Below, piece by piece: positions 13,301 through 23,421 of a stretch of 62,582 nucleotides of DNA (position 1 is its first letter; every line of letters starts with the position of its first letter). The stretch lies in NCBI GenBank assembly GCA_000320545.1, contig ADNK01000103.1, positions 1 to 62,582 on the forward strand. Direction: 5' to 3'. The translations under genes were made by a program, and so were the position numbers. The notes under the pieces were generated by a model. That model made no database searches. It was given only the letters and a program-made list of their open reading frames with translations, and was not told the DNA's origin. Source of the stretch: Bigelowiella natans CCMP2755. Lineage: Eukaryota; Protista; Cercozoa.

Positions 13301-15360
13301 ATATCCCAATCATCAGCTGGGGGGGTCTTGTCCAGTAGCTCCGTTATCTGTCGGATGGTCTTGCCGGGGTTCTTCTTCCGTAGCTCGGTAGGTGTAGGTA
13401 GCTTGTTGTCCGCTAGGTCCATAAACTCTAACGCATTAACGCTTGACTCAGAGGTCCACTCGTCAAGCCGTATCATGTTCTGGCTGATGGTCCTGCCTGA
13501 CTTCTTTGGTAACTTAGCATAGTATATCTTGTGATTGTAGAATGATATGATCCCCCCTAATTTTTCTAGGGCATCCTGTCCGAGGAGTAGTTCCATGGAT
13601 AAAGTCATGGCTACTCGGGTCTTGATTTGGGTCTCCGCGTCGCTGCCAGGTATCTGTAGCTTTAGCATTAGCTCACCGACGGTCTTCATAGAAGAGCTTC
13701 CGTCTGCTTGAGCATATTTACGTTCTTTCTTAGTCACTTGATCCAATAGTCCTAACCTTCTTACTGTGCTTAGGCTTATGAAGGACTTCGGCATGCTGCC
13801 ACTATCCCAAAGGGCAGGTAGTTTCTTGTAGTCTCCGTAGCTGTCTTTAACTTTAACCTTGGTCATAGCAACTTTGATAGTCCTGTTAGCGTCTTCGTCA
13901 TTAATGTTGCATACTCCTAAGTTCTTTATGTCGTCTAGGGTCATGGGCTTGTCTTGGTCCTGCGTTGCTGGTACTGCTGTCTTCGTCGGCGCCTGCTTAA
14001 GGTGATCTAATATTCCGTTTATCTGCTGCTGTATAGCATTGATACTGTTCTGCTTCTTGTTCTTATATTTATTGTTCTTCCCGTTGTTGCTGCCTTGCCA
14101 TTTGCTGTTGTTATATCCTTGTCCTCTGCCTTTCTTTCTCTTTAACTTCTCGTAGTGTTCGTTGAGCTGCCTGATCGTCATCCTGGGTCGTCCTTCTTTC
14201 CTGTCTCTGCAGTCTTTAGCGGTGTGTTTCCCTTTACGTGAGCAGTATCCGCAACGTCGGTTACCTTCCCTGTCCTTGTACCAGTCTCGCTGCGGCTTAA
14301 TAGCGTTAATGTTTCCTATGCCAGGTACCTTAGGGCTGGTAAACTTGCGGTCCTGCTCCTGCTCGCGTAGGGATATAGCCCGCACTGCTGCCTCCATCGT
14401 GGTGTAGCCTTTCTCCGTAACGTAAGTGGATTCCTTTATCTTTAACTTGAACTCTTCAAACCTTGCCTGATCATCACCTGTGTTGTAATTAAAATCATGT
14501 AGTTCGTCGATCATATCCTGGAAGCGCGTGGCAAAGTCTCTAACAGGTTCTCTCTCATGCTGCATCATTGCTCTGTATTTTCTAATAGCCTGGGGTAGGG
14601 AGTTAGCATCCTGTTCATTTACAAAAGCCTTCATTATCGCCTCAACGTCTCGTAGCCCACTAACTGTAGTGTGTATTTTCTCCAGCTGCCTGATCCGGGT
14701 CCTGCCTGTCTCGTAAAGGTCCATGGCTTGCTTTATTATAGCTAGCCATTTGAGCTTGTCGTTTTCGGTGGGGTTAGGGGTAAAGTCGCAGAGTATACTC
14801 CTAGCGTTCTTCCACCACCTCCTTGCCTCACCTCTTTTCCCGTTGTATTTCGTTATCATAACCGGTGCTGTTTTAACAGACATGAACTGGGTGTTCCGCT
14901 GTACCGGCTGCTGCTGCTTGACGGTGCTCTGGGTCGTCCCCCGCGAGGCGCCCAGACCCCCGTCGTTCCTAAACAAAGCTGCCCACTCTGGAGGTAAGTC
15001 TGCTTCGTAATCCATGATGTCCTGCATGATAGCTGCCCAAACATCATGTGTCTGATACTTGTATTCTATCGATACTTTCAGTTTGGCGTAGTTGCTCGCC
15101 CTGGGTCGCAAGGCTCGTAATGCCATTACGACCTTCTTGCTTTCGGCGGCCACGTCCTCGTCGTCCGCCTCGTAGAAGTTCTCCAGTGCCTCTGCTGCTG
15201 CATCTGCTTTCTTAATCCCGGGTGCTGGTCCCGGCGGTGCCTGTGGATGTGTTCCTCCTCCTTCCTTAGCGTCCGTATCGCCCTTCCTTTCCTGTTTCTG
15301 CTCGTGCCCTTGCACGGCCTGCGAGCCAAAGTCCTGCTGTTCTTCTAGCTGCTGTAACAT
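10387..15360 (-). CDS. Gag-Pol polyprotein (1657 aa): Gag, CCHC knuckle, aspartic protease, RT, RNase H, integrase, C-terminal Dam-like domain
   Basis: CGYCSRKGKHTAKDC (knuckle); ALWDSGS (PR); LDKNESYMQ, PYGL, YVDD (RT); TDWS, EY, TDHKPL, ADYFSR (RH); HHCC plus QID, VDN, KVER (IN). Confidence 0.96.
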   Translation of the reverse strand: MLQQLEEQQDFGSQAVQGHEQKQERKGDTDAKEGGGTHPQAPPGPAPGIKKADAAAEALENFYEADDEDVAAESKKVVMALRALRPRASNYAKLKVSIEYKYQTHDVWAAIMQDIMDYEADLPPEWAALFRNDGGLGASRGTTQSTVKQQQPVQRNTQFMSVKTAPVMITKYNGKRGEARRWWKNARSILCDFTPNPTENDKLKWLAIIKQAMDLYETGRTRIRQLEKIHTTVSGLRDVEAIMKAFVNEQDANSLPQAIRKYRAMMQHEREPVRDFATRFQDMIDELHDFNYNTGDDQARFEEFKLKIKESTYVTEKGYTTMEAAVRAISLREQEQDRKFTSPKVPGIGNINAIKPQRDWYKDREGNRRCGYCSRKGKHTAKDCRDRKEGRPRMTIRQLNEHYEKLKRKKGRGQGYNNSKWQGSNNGKNNKYKNKKQNSINAIQQQINGILDHLKQAPTKTAVPATQDQDKPMTLDDIKNLGVCNINDEDANRTIKVAMTKVKVKDSYGDYKKLPALWDSGSMPKSFISLSTVRRLGLLDQVTKKERKYAQADGSSSMKTVGELMLKLQIPGSDAETQIKTRVAMTLSMELLLGQDALEKLGGIISFYNHKIYYAKLPKKSGRTISQNMIRLDEWTSESSVNALEFMDLADNKLPTPTELRKKNPGKTIRQITELLDKTPPADDWDIDKGKKYINKILNEKYSDITKPTTKPSSKLTPVKIELKEGYEECIINDPEHRRPEADWEKIEWQINEWAKEGKIEPSNSPWNVRHVLAKKPTYPFFRLAHNFIRHNRVIKRIQTPTPKIDDVIEHVIGYKYYSSLDKNESYMQTPIHKTSRPITAFSSRHRKWHFVVFPYGLSISGDAFSSQNYRAYTHDGMASVLWVFVFVYVDDDIICTNTVVAQIFLLENIFIRFAHFGFTIRLQKCTFLATRIKWCGYYLEQGRITPNPEKVAALQQAPKPKNAKELKSFLQTAAWILRRFSPTYARTAAAFTTAYRKENSVGLSFAKVWAKAGLDAHFDNLIKLCSNTLLNAKLDTTRPATLWTDWSKLGMAAVLTQDQQIIRVWGRACTAAEAKYSPTKGEYKAMTEAQRKLRYYLLSVPSFTLMTDHKPLLGIDRKLEAPNDEYAAMRADTEEFRDKRTVVYAPGDKQLADYFSRLFEKKVPTQVTPMVNAITFEDGDFLPEPEELQHLQEHLDKYKHKHEVLSDRIYVYTNNVRRTYVPRRTRGALLFTAHGPAHVGENHITALLYHYYWPYKLKEIRTYLRGCRCSSLKAAGVATKESSKSRASKKIKARNFLDIVQIDVYKYDGYHYLTFVDVATGKCWVKKIIKVNVAKKNKGLYKQRLTNCYRTWESELQAIPDEVSINKIPKKLHVDNETSLLQLPHPNIDASPVYYAQSNSKVERLHRTLANLSRINSTTPDKIQGLVNDTFTSGGGIKDKEREEGDDNDDDTESEDEKVPYDGRVLKEGQYVRAKVNLRSRNKQDPFWGGVAKVTERKGRKQYYIYDGNRVTLRHISHLKNYDIGEKLLEDVKVNPTVWERAMPCLGPRPKFDVEYGNNKVRVNDDWRMKIVYLGYPGLRNMERVAMKIKDGKYQLLYLAVPDLPFEHWYKVLGDLDAEGWYGHEPKDEGEFWVSDKGDKVREESITWWLVKFRKR

Positions 15361-15376
15361 TGTTAGTCAAATCGTT

Positions 15377-15394
15377 TCCCGTGTGTGGAAGCCA
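15377..15394 (-). promoter_or_regulatory. Primer binding site TGGCTTCCACACACGGGA
   Basis: Starts with TGG (complement of tRNA CCA), 5 nt inside the 5' LTR. Confidence 0.7.
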
Positions 15395-15399
15395 AAGGT

Positions 15400-15724
15400 T
15401 GTTGCGCGTAAGGTGTTCACAGGCCGAGGCGCTACGTGCACAAGTAGGCAGGGGGGGGGAAGGCACGTTTGCTTCCTTTTGAAGAGTTATGTTCATTTTT
15501 ATTAAAGATTATATTTTTATTAAATCGTGCACTGCGTAATCATTCGCGAAGCTTTCGCGAATGCCGCCGCACGTGGGGCAGCACACTTCCGGTGTGCTGC
15601 CATGAGTCCCGCCGGAACCCACGTGCCTATACTGTATTAATATCTACGTTATCTATATTCTATATCCGCGACAACCCCTTTGTTGTCGCACGTGACTTGT
15701 GCTCGCGTAGTAGTACGCGCTACA
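15400..15724 (-). repeat. 5' LTR (325 bp)
   Basis: Direct repeat of 10011-10335. Confidence 0.97.
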
Positions 15725-15825
15725 CTGACAAGTCCTTGCAACGAGTGTTGTTGAGGCTCTGCTGCGTGCAAATGCCTGTCTCCCATGTGGTTGTGTTCTG
15801 GCGCATGTAGTTTTTGATCAACGCT

Positions 15826-15853
15826 TTGTTCATTGTTCATTGTTCATTGTTCG
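15826..15853 (+). repeat. (TTCATTG)n tandem repeat, same unit as 52501-52522; LINE-tail-like
   Basis: ttgttcattgttcattgttcattgttcg. Confidence 0.8.
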
Positions 15854-15918
15854 TGGCCAGTGAGCACACCGTCACTCATCAATGGTCGATTCTTCAGAAA
15901 GTTGTTTTGCACACTCAT

Positions 15919-15952
<34 letters not shown>

Positions 15953-17489
15953 AGATGCATGTCGCACAAACGTGCACAGCCCACATGCATTGAATGCACA
16001 ATGCGGAAAAGACTCACAATTCACCACCTGACAGTGTGTTCATCTAGAAGGACACGACGTGCAGGCTGCACAGTGACCACTGACAACGTTGTCCACGTGC
16101 GTCACGACGTGAGCTGTGTGACGTGATGTGCACATCTGACACACACGCGAAGAAACTGCTTCGCGAGGAGAAAGAAAGAACATCGCATGCACGAACCGCT
16201 AGACCACACGCGCACGCCATGCTCAACATCCAGCAGGTGCACATGGCACACGTAGTTCTGAGTTGCAGAAATAGACACATGCAATTTGAGCGCTAGCCGC
16301 AGCTTTGCTTGCCAGTCATCTGTGCTAGGATGATGGAGCCACAAAGGCACATGCTTAAAGCCATCAAGACTGTGAGGGCGACCGTTGAAATTTTCAATTT
16401 TGTTCATTGATGCGATGTCTAGACTGCACATGGCATGTCACCCGATTCACGGCACATGCATGCATGTTGTGTGATTTGTTCAATGGAAATAATCATCAAT
16501 CATCAAAGCGGCAGATAGCTCATTCGTCATTGACACACAACTGTGCCACTTTAGCTGTGCACAGCTGAATGCAGATCGTCTATCAATGCCGAGGCAAAAG
16601 TCACCAAGCCGCCACAGTGCACATCAGGCTACACTACCCATAATCTTTTGAATGTTCCTTGCACAGAGACTCAAGAAATCTCGGCATCTTCATGCATGTG
16701 CTATGACAGCGATGCCACATATGTGAAGCTAGATCTATAGATCGATGTTCTGGACCACATTCTGCAATGCAGAAAATACGGACCACAGAGACTCAGAATC
16801 AACAAACAACTGACGGCCATCATGGATCGCAACGATGAGATTACACGTCTCACAACCGCAGAAAAAGCAACTCGCAAAGCTGCGCGCAAAGCACGACATG
16901 CTAGACCAAATCATGATGCATTTTCATATATTCATGCATGCAACATGTGACCAAGGAAACAAACAGACACAATTTAAGCGCTGTAGCCGCTGCATTGCAC
17001 AGCTACATTAGGATGACCATTGAAAAAATTTAAACATTTCATTACATCCGTCTCATAGATCGATGTTCAATGGAACATGCAGATCACATGTGCACATTTG
17101 CAGACATAGTTGTGCAATGTGACATGTGCTACGTTGATACGTGTTGCACATAGCGTACATGTAATGTTGTATTCTCCACCTGCACAGTCTGTGTCTCTTT
17201 AATGCATATGCACTAGCTAGCTAGCTTAGCAATGATGGCATGCTCAGCGATGTGCCATGCAAAGCTTTGTTTTGTGAACAAGATGTGAGACAAGTGCAGT
17301 ACGTCGCCATTTCTATATTTCACACTCAGCCCACATTTAGTTTCGTGTCAGCTGCCGTGATCGCATGCTCCTCTCTCCTCGGGCTCGTTCGTATTTGCAA
17401 AATTTTACTCAAATTTCTACGTTTATCCGATTCGAAAATTCATTCAAAAAATAAAACTTAAGAAATAGAACTGGATGAATGACAAATCA

Positions 17490-19026
17490 GAATTAAACGA
17501 TGAAAGCTCGCTTCGAGTTACTTCCCTTAACAGATATCGACAACGCGATGAATGAGATCATCAGGATACCAAGCGCAGAAATTATTGTTGTGTACAGTTT
17601 TGCATACCTTGACACTAAAGATGATAGGTATTTGGCTAATAGAACCCGAGTAGCGATAAAAAGAAGTAAGTGGGTATTCGTCAAGTATTTGGTATGTCTA
17701 CGAATACTATCTAGATACCGTGGGAATAACCTGAGATATGAGATCAAAACGTGCAGTCGAATTTATAATCGAGAAGGAAGGATGATGGCGTGTATGTGCT
17801 GTAATACCCGGACAATGTCACAAGGATGCGTGGCGGATTCGACACTTCTCCAATTGTAAAACCCAGCAAGATTAGGGTTGCATCGGACCTGGAGCATGAG
17901 CGATAACATGTCATTGAAAAGGAATATTTGCTCCTAAATTGGATTGTTATTTTTCTCTCTAGCCTACGACCCCCTCTATCTTTCTCGAAAAGCTGAATAT
18001 CATCACGACGAACACCTGTGAATCATCGAAGAGCAGAGACCCAGAAGACAGAAGGCGTGATGAAGAATGAACCTGAGTATGTATACCAGAATGAAACCGT
18101 TTCCGTGAAGTAGAGCGATCTCCAGCTCTAATACCCCAGGTCTCGCTTGATAGGCCAACTTGTCGAAATCATCTCGAAGATCCTCTTTCCCCTGAGGTAA
18201 AAAATGCCAAAGGACGGTGAAAGAGTTGCTCGGTCTCTACTTCCTCCTGCTGCACTACCTGGAAAGTCCTGTCCGGCCATGTCGATAGAGCATTAGAAAA
18301 AGGATAATAATATCCACACAGTAGTACAATGTACTCGAAAGGAAGAGAGCTGATTGAAGGTCTGTGTTGGGACGCTGGAGAAAATCGATGAGTCCTTCAG
18401 GGTTCCAGGTTGCAACCTGCTGATGTTCACAACCAAGGGTTGTGAGCCTTGGAATTTGAAAAGCAGAAGACTGGTCTGACCGTGATGTCTGAGAAGAGGA
18501 GAGTGCCACCACCAACGACCACGATGAGGGTGTTCACCATCGAAAATACAGTGCTAATCTTAGAGAGCCACGTATCCCGGACATAATCGCTCTGAAAACA
18601 TCGCACAATTGGAACATCAAAACAATTCCTTCCCTATTCCTTTCTTTGCTATTATACCTGCTGCTGATGCTGCTGTTGTTGCCGCCGGTGCTGCTGCATC
18701 TGCCTGCTGGTCGGCCCGCTGCCTCGTCTTCCTTAGGCGAAGGAAAGTTAGGCAGCAGCTAAGATTTCAAATGATTCAAATTCACATTGAGAACCCGAAA
18801 ATATCCACATGTTTATTCCCGGCGACAACCAATTCCGTATTTATTTCCCTCACGAATAGCCTGGCGAATGCGCTCCAATAATCCAGTTTTATCATGCGAC
18901 ATGACAATAACGATGTCGTAGAACATAAATATAGCATATTTTTGCGACGAACTCCAACTTCGGAAATTATCGAAAGCCAGCCAGCACAACATCACCCAGC
19001 CCAGCAGCCTGCTTGGCTCGCCGCAT
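17490..19026 (-). CDS. Hypothetical spliced protein
   Basis: Several exon-like segments with GT/AG borders (e.g. EQIFLFNDMLSLMLQVRCNPNLAGFYNW; LFPRYLDSIRRH; VATWNPEGLIDFLQRP). No recognisable family; ends uncertain. Confidence 0.45.
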
Positions 19027-19093
19027 ACCCTAATCTCCTCAGCCTCCTCCTGCCCGTCCCAGTGATGAGGGGGTAGCGACTGCGTTGCGAATT

Positions 19094-20220
19094 ATGCGGC
19101 ATTGCCTTCGCTCAAGCAACAAACGCACCACTACAACTTCCACACGCGGTCTGCTGCTGCTTCTATCCGCTACCCTTGTGTTGGCCCCGATTATCGCGAT
19201 GCTTCGACTTCCCATTTCGGAGATGCTCAAGAGGGCTCTACCCCGAAAGTCTGCCCCAAGGTCGAACGTCAGAATGAGCAGTTAATTCATCTTTTGTGTG
19301 TTCGCCGAAGTCCATGTTGATGAACGAACGTTGATATCCAAAACACTGACTTGTTAAAATCATCTGCTGGATTCAGAAGATTCCCCTTTACTGGCTTGCC
19401 AAAAATCGTCAAACGCATTCGATGTCCACGAATCTTAGGATCTCTCCGAATTTTCAGTGGAAGTGCGCCTGCAAACCAGGAGGGAAAACACCCATCAATC
19501 CTTCCTGCAACTTTGGAGTCCATTCCTGCCGCAGTTGATGCTCTCCATCGGGGAGAAGTTATCGCTGTTGCAACAGACACTATCTACGGTCTCGCAGTCG
19601 ATGCGGCAAACGAGGAAGCTGTGCAAAAAATATACAGGATTAAAGGAAGGGACAAGCAAAAGCCGTTGGCTATAAGTGTCGGTTCTCTGACTTCCGTCGA
19701 GGAGTATGGAGTGACAAATGTACTTCCGAATGACTTACTGGGACAGCTTCTTCCCGGGCCGGTGACTGTAGTTCTGCAAAGGAATCTCTTATGTCAGCGA
19801 CTGAGCGGTTCGATGACAAACGATACCATTGCATTGAGGATTCCAAATACGAAGTTCATGCAGAAGCTTGCGAGTGACTTCGGAGGTGCACTTGCGCTCA
19901 CCTCCGCAAACCTATCTGGAGAACCAAGCTGTAGAAGGTGGTGATGTCGACTTTCAAAACTCTTTTATATCGCTATATTTCGGTTCATCACACAATTACT
20001 ATCATGCAGAATCCGGGATTTCGAAGGACTATGGAAATCAATCGCTGTGATTTTGCAGGATGTTGAAATGGAAAATGATGCAGGGAGGCTAACCCTCGGC
20101 TCCACAATAATCGATCTTTCCAGAGCTGGAGAATTCCGGATTTTGCGAAAAGGAGAGCAAGATGTCGTGGCACATATTCAAAAGCTATTAATAGATCGTG
20201 GTTTGCACGAAAGCGCCTAG
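19094..20220 (+). CDS. YRDC: YrdC/Sua5 (TsaC) L-threonylcarbamoyladenylate synthase, 3 exons, with an N-terminal targeting-like leader
   Basis: GEVIAVATDTIYGLA, IYRIKGR..KPL, LLPGPVT, IALRIP, LTSANLSG, GSTIID. Exons at about 19094-19260, 19377-19937 and 20010-20220. Confidence 0.92.
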
Positions 20221-21103
20221 ATGTACCTTGTAAATGGAGAGTAATATCGTCATTTTAGACGATATTACAAATTAGCTCCCTCTCAGCCACGTTCCAATCT
20301 GTCATGCATGGACTTCATCTAAAATACATGAAGCGCAAAACACAGAGCAAGTATGGACCGTCATGCAGCGTAGAATACTAAAACCAGCATGCATGCTGTA
20401 GGATGTGGACGTACGCTCATGTGCGACGACAAATGAATTTCTTCGATCATGTGTGCGGCACTAATGAAAACTATCTAGATAGCGTATGTAAATACGGAGA
20501 TGTATTCTAGCTGCTCTAGTGCTACACATATTGCATGGGTATTTCTAGACTTGCTCGCTATTAGCTCTATCTATAGCTGCAGGCCATTTCAAAAACACTG
20601 AGCGCGCATTTCTTGTGAGTGCCATGTTGTTCATGTCGCAGACAACTATGTTAAGTAAGATGTAGCTCCTATTTCTAATGGTTACATCAGAGTTGTGATT
20701 ATCGTCATCTGATTAAATCGGTTTGCCATCGCAGTCGTCACACATTCATCATATATTCATATGCATGCATTTATGTACCCACAGACTTTTCTAGTTTTGC
20801 TACATACTTGTCCTGCACACATTATTACTTGCGCAGCAGTGAGTTGCGAGCTGATCATTATGATGCGGTCCAGCTTACAGCTATGTTTCATGCTTATCGT
20901 GTTTACTATGTTTTATAATGAGACGTGCATGTACGCATTCACTAAGATAGAAATTAGCCGAAGTTGGAATTTCGAACATAATCGCTGTTCCCCTTTAATT
21001 GGTAATTTCATGTTATTCTGAAGAATGTATTGAAAAGGCTCTAAGAGGCGCTCTGCACAAATATGCCTCTTATCCTTCGCAACACAATGTTCCCAGATTC
21101 GTC

Positions 21104-22400
21104 TCAGTTAACCTCATGCTGTTCAGCCGAGTTTCCGTACATCTCGTCCCAAAGATGTTTTAAGTGTTCGTTCAGCGACATCTTCGAGTTCATACTTTTG
21201 TGCTCAGCAACCTGTACAAGTTCTTTGATGTATTGACCAGGAATCGCAAATCCAAGCCCCGACGCATGCTGACCCTTATCGCCTTCGATTTTCATCGTAT
21301 TGAGCCCAACAAGCTGCCCTCTCAGATTGACAAGAGCACCTCCAGAGTTTCCATGATTGATACTTGCGTCATGCTGAAGAATGACGGGCAACCCTGTCTT
21401 TTCGCTCTCTTGAAGAGCTTCGGAAGCATACACGAAAGGTTTACGACGCTCGCCTTGGGAAGCTTCAAACGGTAGGCTAAGGTGACCATCCAATGTGGGA
21501 CTCATTTGAGACATACGAGAAAGTTTGGACGAATCTCCTCCGCTTCCAGACGGTGTAGTCGCTGGTTGGCCTCCCCGTGCGTTAAAAACTCCATTGACAT
21601 CATGGCGAAAGCTGAAATAACCCCCATCGTAACCGAGTTCTGAAGGCCAAAATTGTCACCTAAGGCCATGACAAGATCTCCCACTGCAGTTTCACTGCTA
21701 TTAGCAAATTCGATTGGGATAAGTTTATCATTGATAAATGAAGATAGTTGCTTATCCTCCTTCACTACGTGTGTAAGATTCAGCAGAGCAACGTCGACTA
21801 CGGGATGTCGATTCACAACGTCAGCCTTAAATATTCCACCGTCGCTCGTCTGGACGTAAATGTTTATCTCAGCGCCTTCCAGAAGATATTTCTCTCCGGT
21901 CACATGCCTGTTCGTGACTAGAAGACCGTTCTTATTAACCACAATCCCTGGTAAAACCATACCGTAAGTTTGTCTACATTCTGTTTCTTCCGGTTGTTTT
22001 CTTTATGGGGGGTGGGATTCATACTGCCATACCTGATCCTTGTAGCAGTGCACAAGAGTAAGGGAGCTGGCTGAGAAGCGGAGAAGATTTATCATAAATG
22101 CAGACACCCGTGGCTACTGTCACAGTGGACGGGAGCACTTTTTTCACAACGTCCCTGTATGTTTCGACCCCAGCTCCGCTCCTCATTCCTCGTTGTAAGA
22201 GACTTCCCGGATCTTCACGCTGGGTCCGGTGAAATGGCTCCTGGCACATTTGATCCTTGACCCATGCCCCCGACCAGGAAGCGAAGGCTGCTTGGAGGTA
22301 GAGAGGGAGGAAGAGAGATACGGGCATGGTTGTTGGAAACAGGACTTTAATACTCGGAATACCAGCAAGAAATGGCCTTGTCAGAAATAGGAGTCGCCTT
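21104..22400 (-). CDS. HtrA/DegP-type trypsin-like serine protease, no PDZ visible; 5' end uncertain (may extend to about 23.1 kb)
   Basis: VVKKVLPSTVTV, GSG, TNRHV (His), DVALL (Asp), VTMGVISA, QHDASINHGNSGGALVNLRGQLVG (Ser). Confidence 0.88.
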
Positions 22401-23421
22401 CTTTCGGCACAGGATTATTCAAATATAGCATGTTTCCGTCGTAGTTCACCCTAATTTCTACGTCGCAAACTGTTTTCGGATGTTTCCCAGTTTCCTAGGA
22501 GTGGAGATGTGAGTCGGCTCTGTGCTGGAACTGATCAAATTTGTGCTTGGTTTTGATGTCGCATCGGATAAATACGCTGAAAACCCTATAAGATTCCCAT
22601 GAATCACCTTTGGTGATGTGTTCGATGATGTCATAGGGCGCTTTCGGCAGTCGTTGGGTCAGAAATCGCCGTCATTTCTTGTCAGCGTCCCCTCGATGAA
22701 ATCCATGAAATGTTCATCTACATTTCAGAACGCGTGAAACTCATGTGTTGTCTTCCTTTTTCCTTAGACTCCTCAGCGTCAGGGATTTCGGGGGAAATAC
22801 AGAATGAATTGCCCTGCATTTTCGCTTCATAACGATCGAGCTCACGCAGCTGAGAACTTGACTTGTGGCCTGGATTACATCTTCACCTCGTTTTGGTAGC
22901 CGCGGTTGATTTGAGGGACTGCTGAGGCCTCTCGCGTCGATTTGGGTGAGCAAATGAGAGAGATGGAAGACGGGATGGGAATATAACATCTGATCCTTAA
23001 GCACATTTCATCGAGTTGAAAGACTCATGGGCCGATCATGCCAAACTGAATCACTTAAGGCTACCACCACAATTCTCAGGATAAATCCCAACGTAGCTGC
23101 ATAGCTCCTCTCCTCATGGCAGAGCTGGGCAAAAATAGAGAGAGGAGAAACGTTAAAATAAGATATGGAGGCGTTACAGCATTAAGGATTCTCGTTCTAT
23201 ATGCAGCGATCAATTGCTTTCCACATGTCAACGCAGCGACATTGGAGGTGTGCTCAAAATATCTGTTTCGCTGTTTATCGCTATTCCATCTTGTAGTTAT
23301 CTCGACCTTCCATTTTGTAATAGCCATCAATTGTGTTTTTCGAATTTCTCAAACTGCATAATCGAAGCTTTCCTTGAACCGTGACTGCACTTGATAGGGA
23401 GTCGGTGATGTCGCCTTCTCA

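Larger units (their letters stand above)
10011..15724 (-). mobile_element. Intact Ty3/Gypsy (Metaviridae) LTR retrotransposon
   Basis: Two 325-bp LTRs that look identical by eye, with TG...CA ends and near-perfect 11-bp terminal inverted repeats. 4-bp TSD CTGA at 10007-10010 and 15725-15728. PBS and PPT present. Single gag-pol ORF in PR-RT-RH-IN order. Confidence 0.97.

Noticed and set aside
10934-15010. Antisense ORFs inside the retrotransposon (env or accessory gene?)
   Set aside because: Short shadow ORFs of gag-pol with no independent features.
15826-15853. (TTCATTG)n as an interstitial telomere repeat
   Set aside because: Lacks the G-run; better explained as a LINE-tail-like repeat.
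15725-16440. Classical RIP or CpG-methylation decay as the cause of the CA/TG excess
   Set aside because: CpG is retained and TpA is lost rather than gained.
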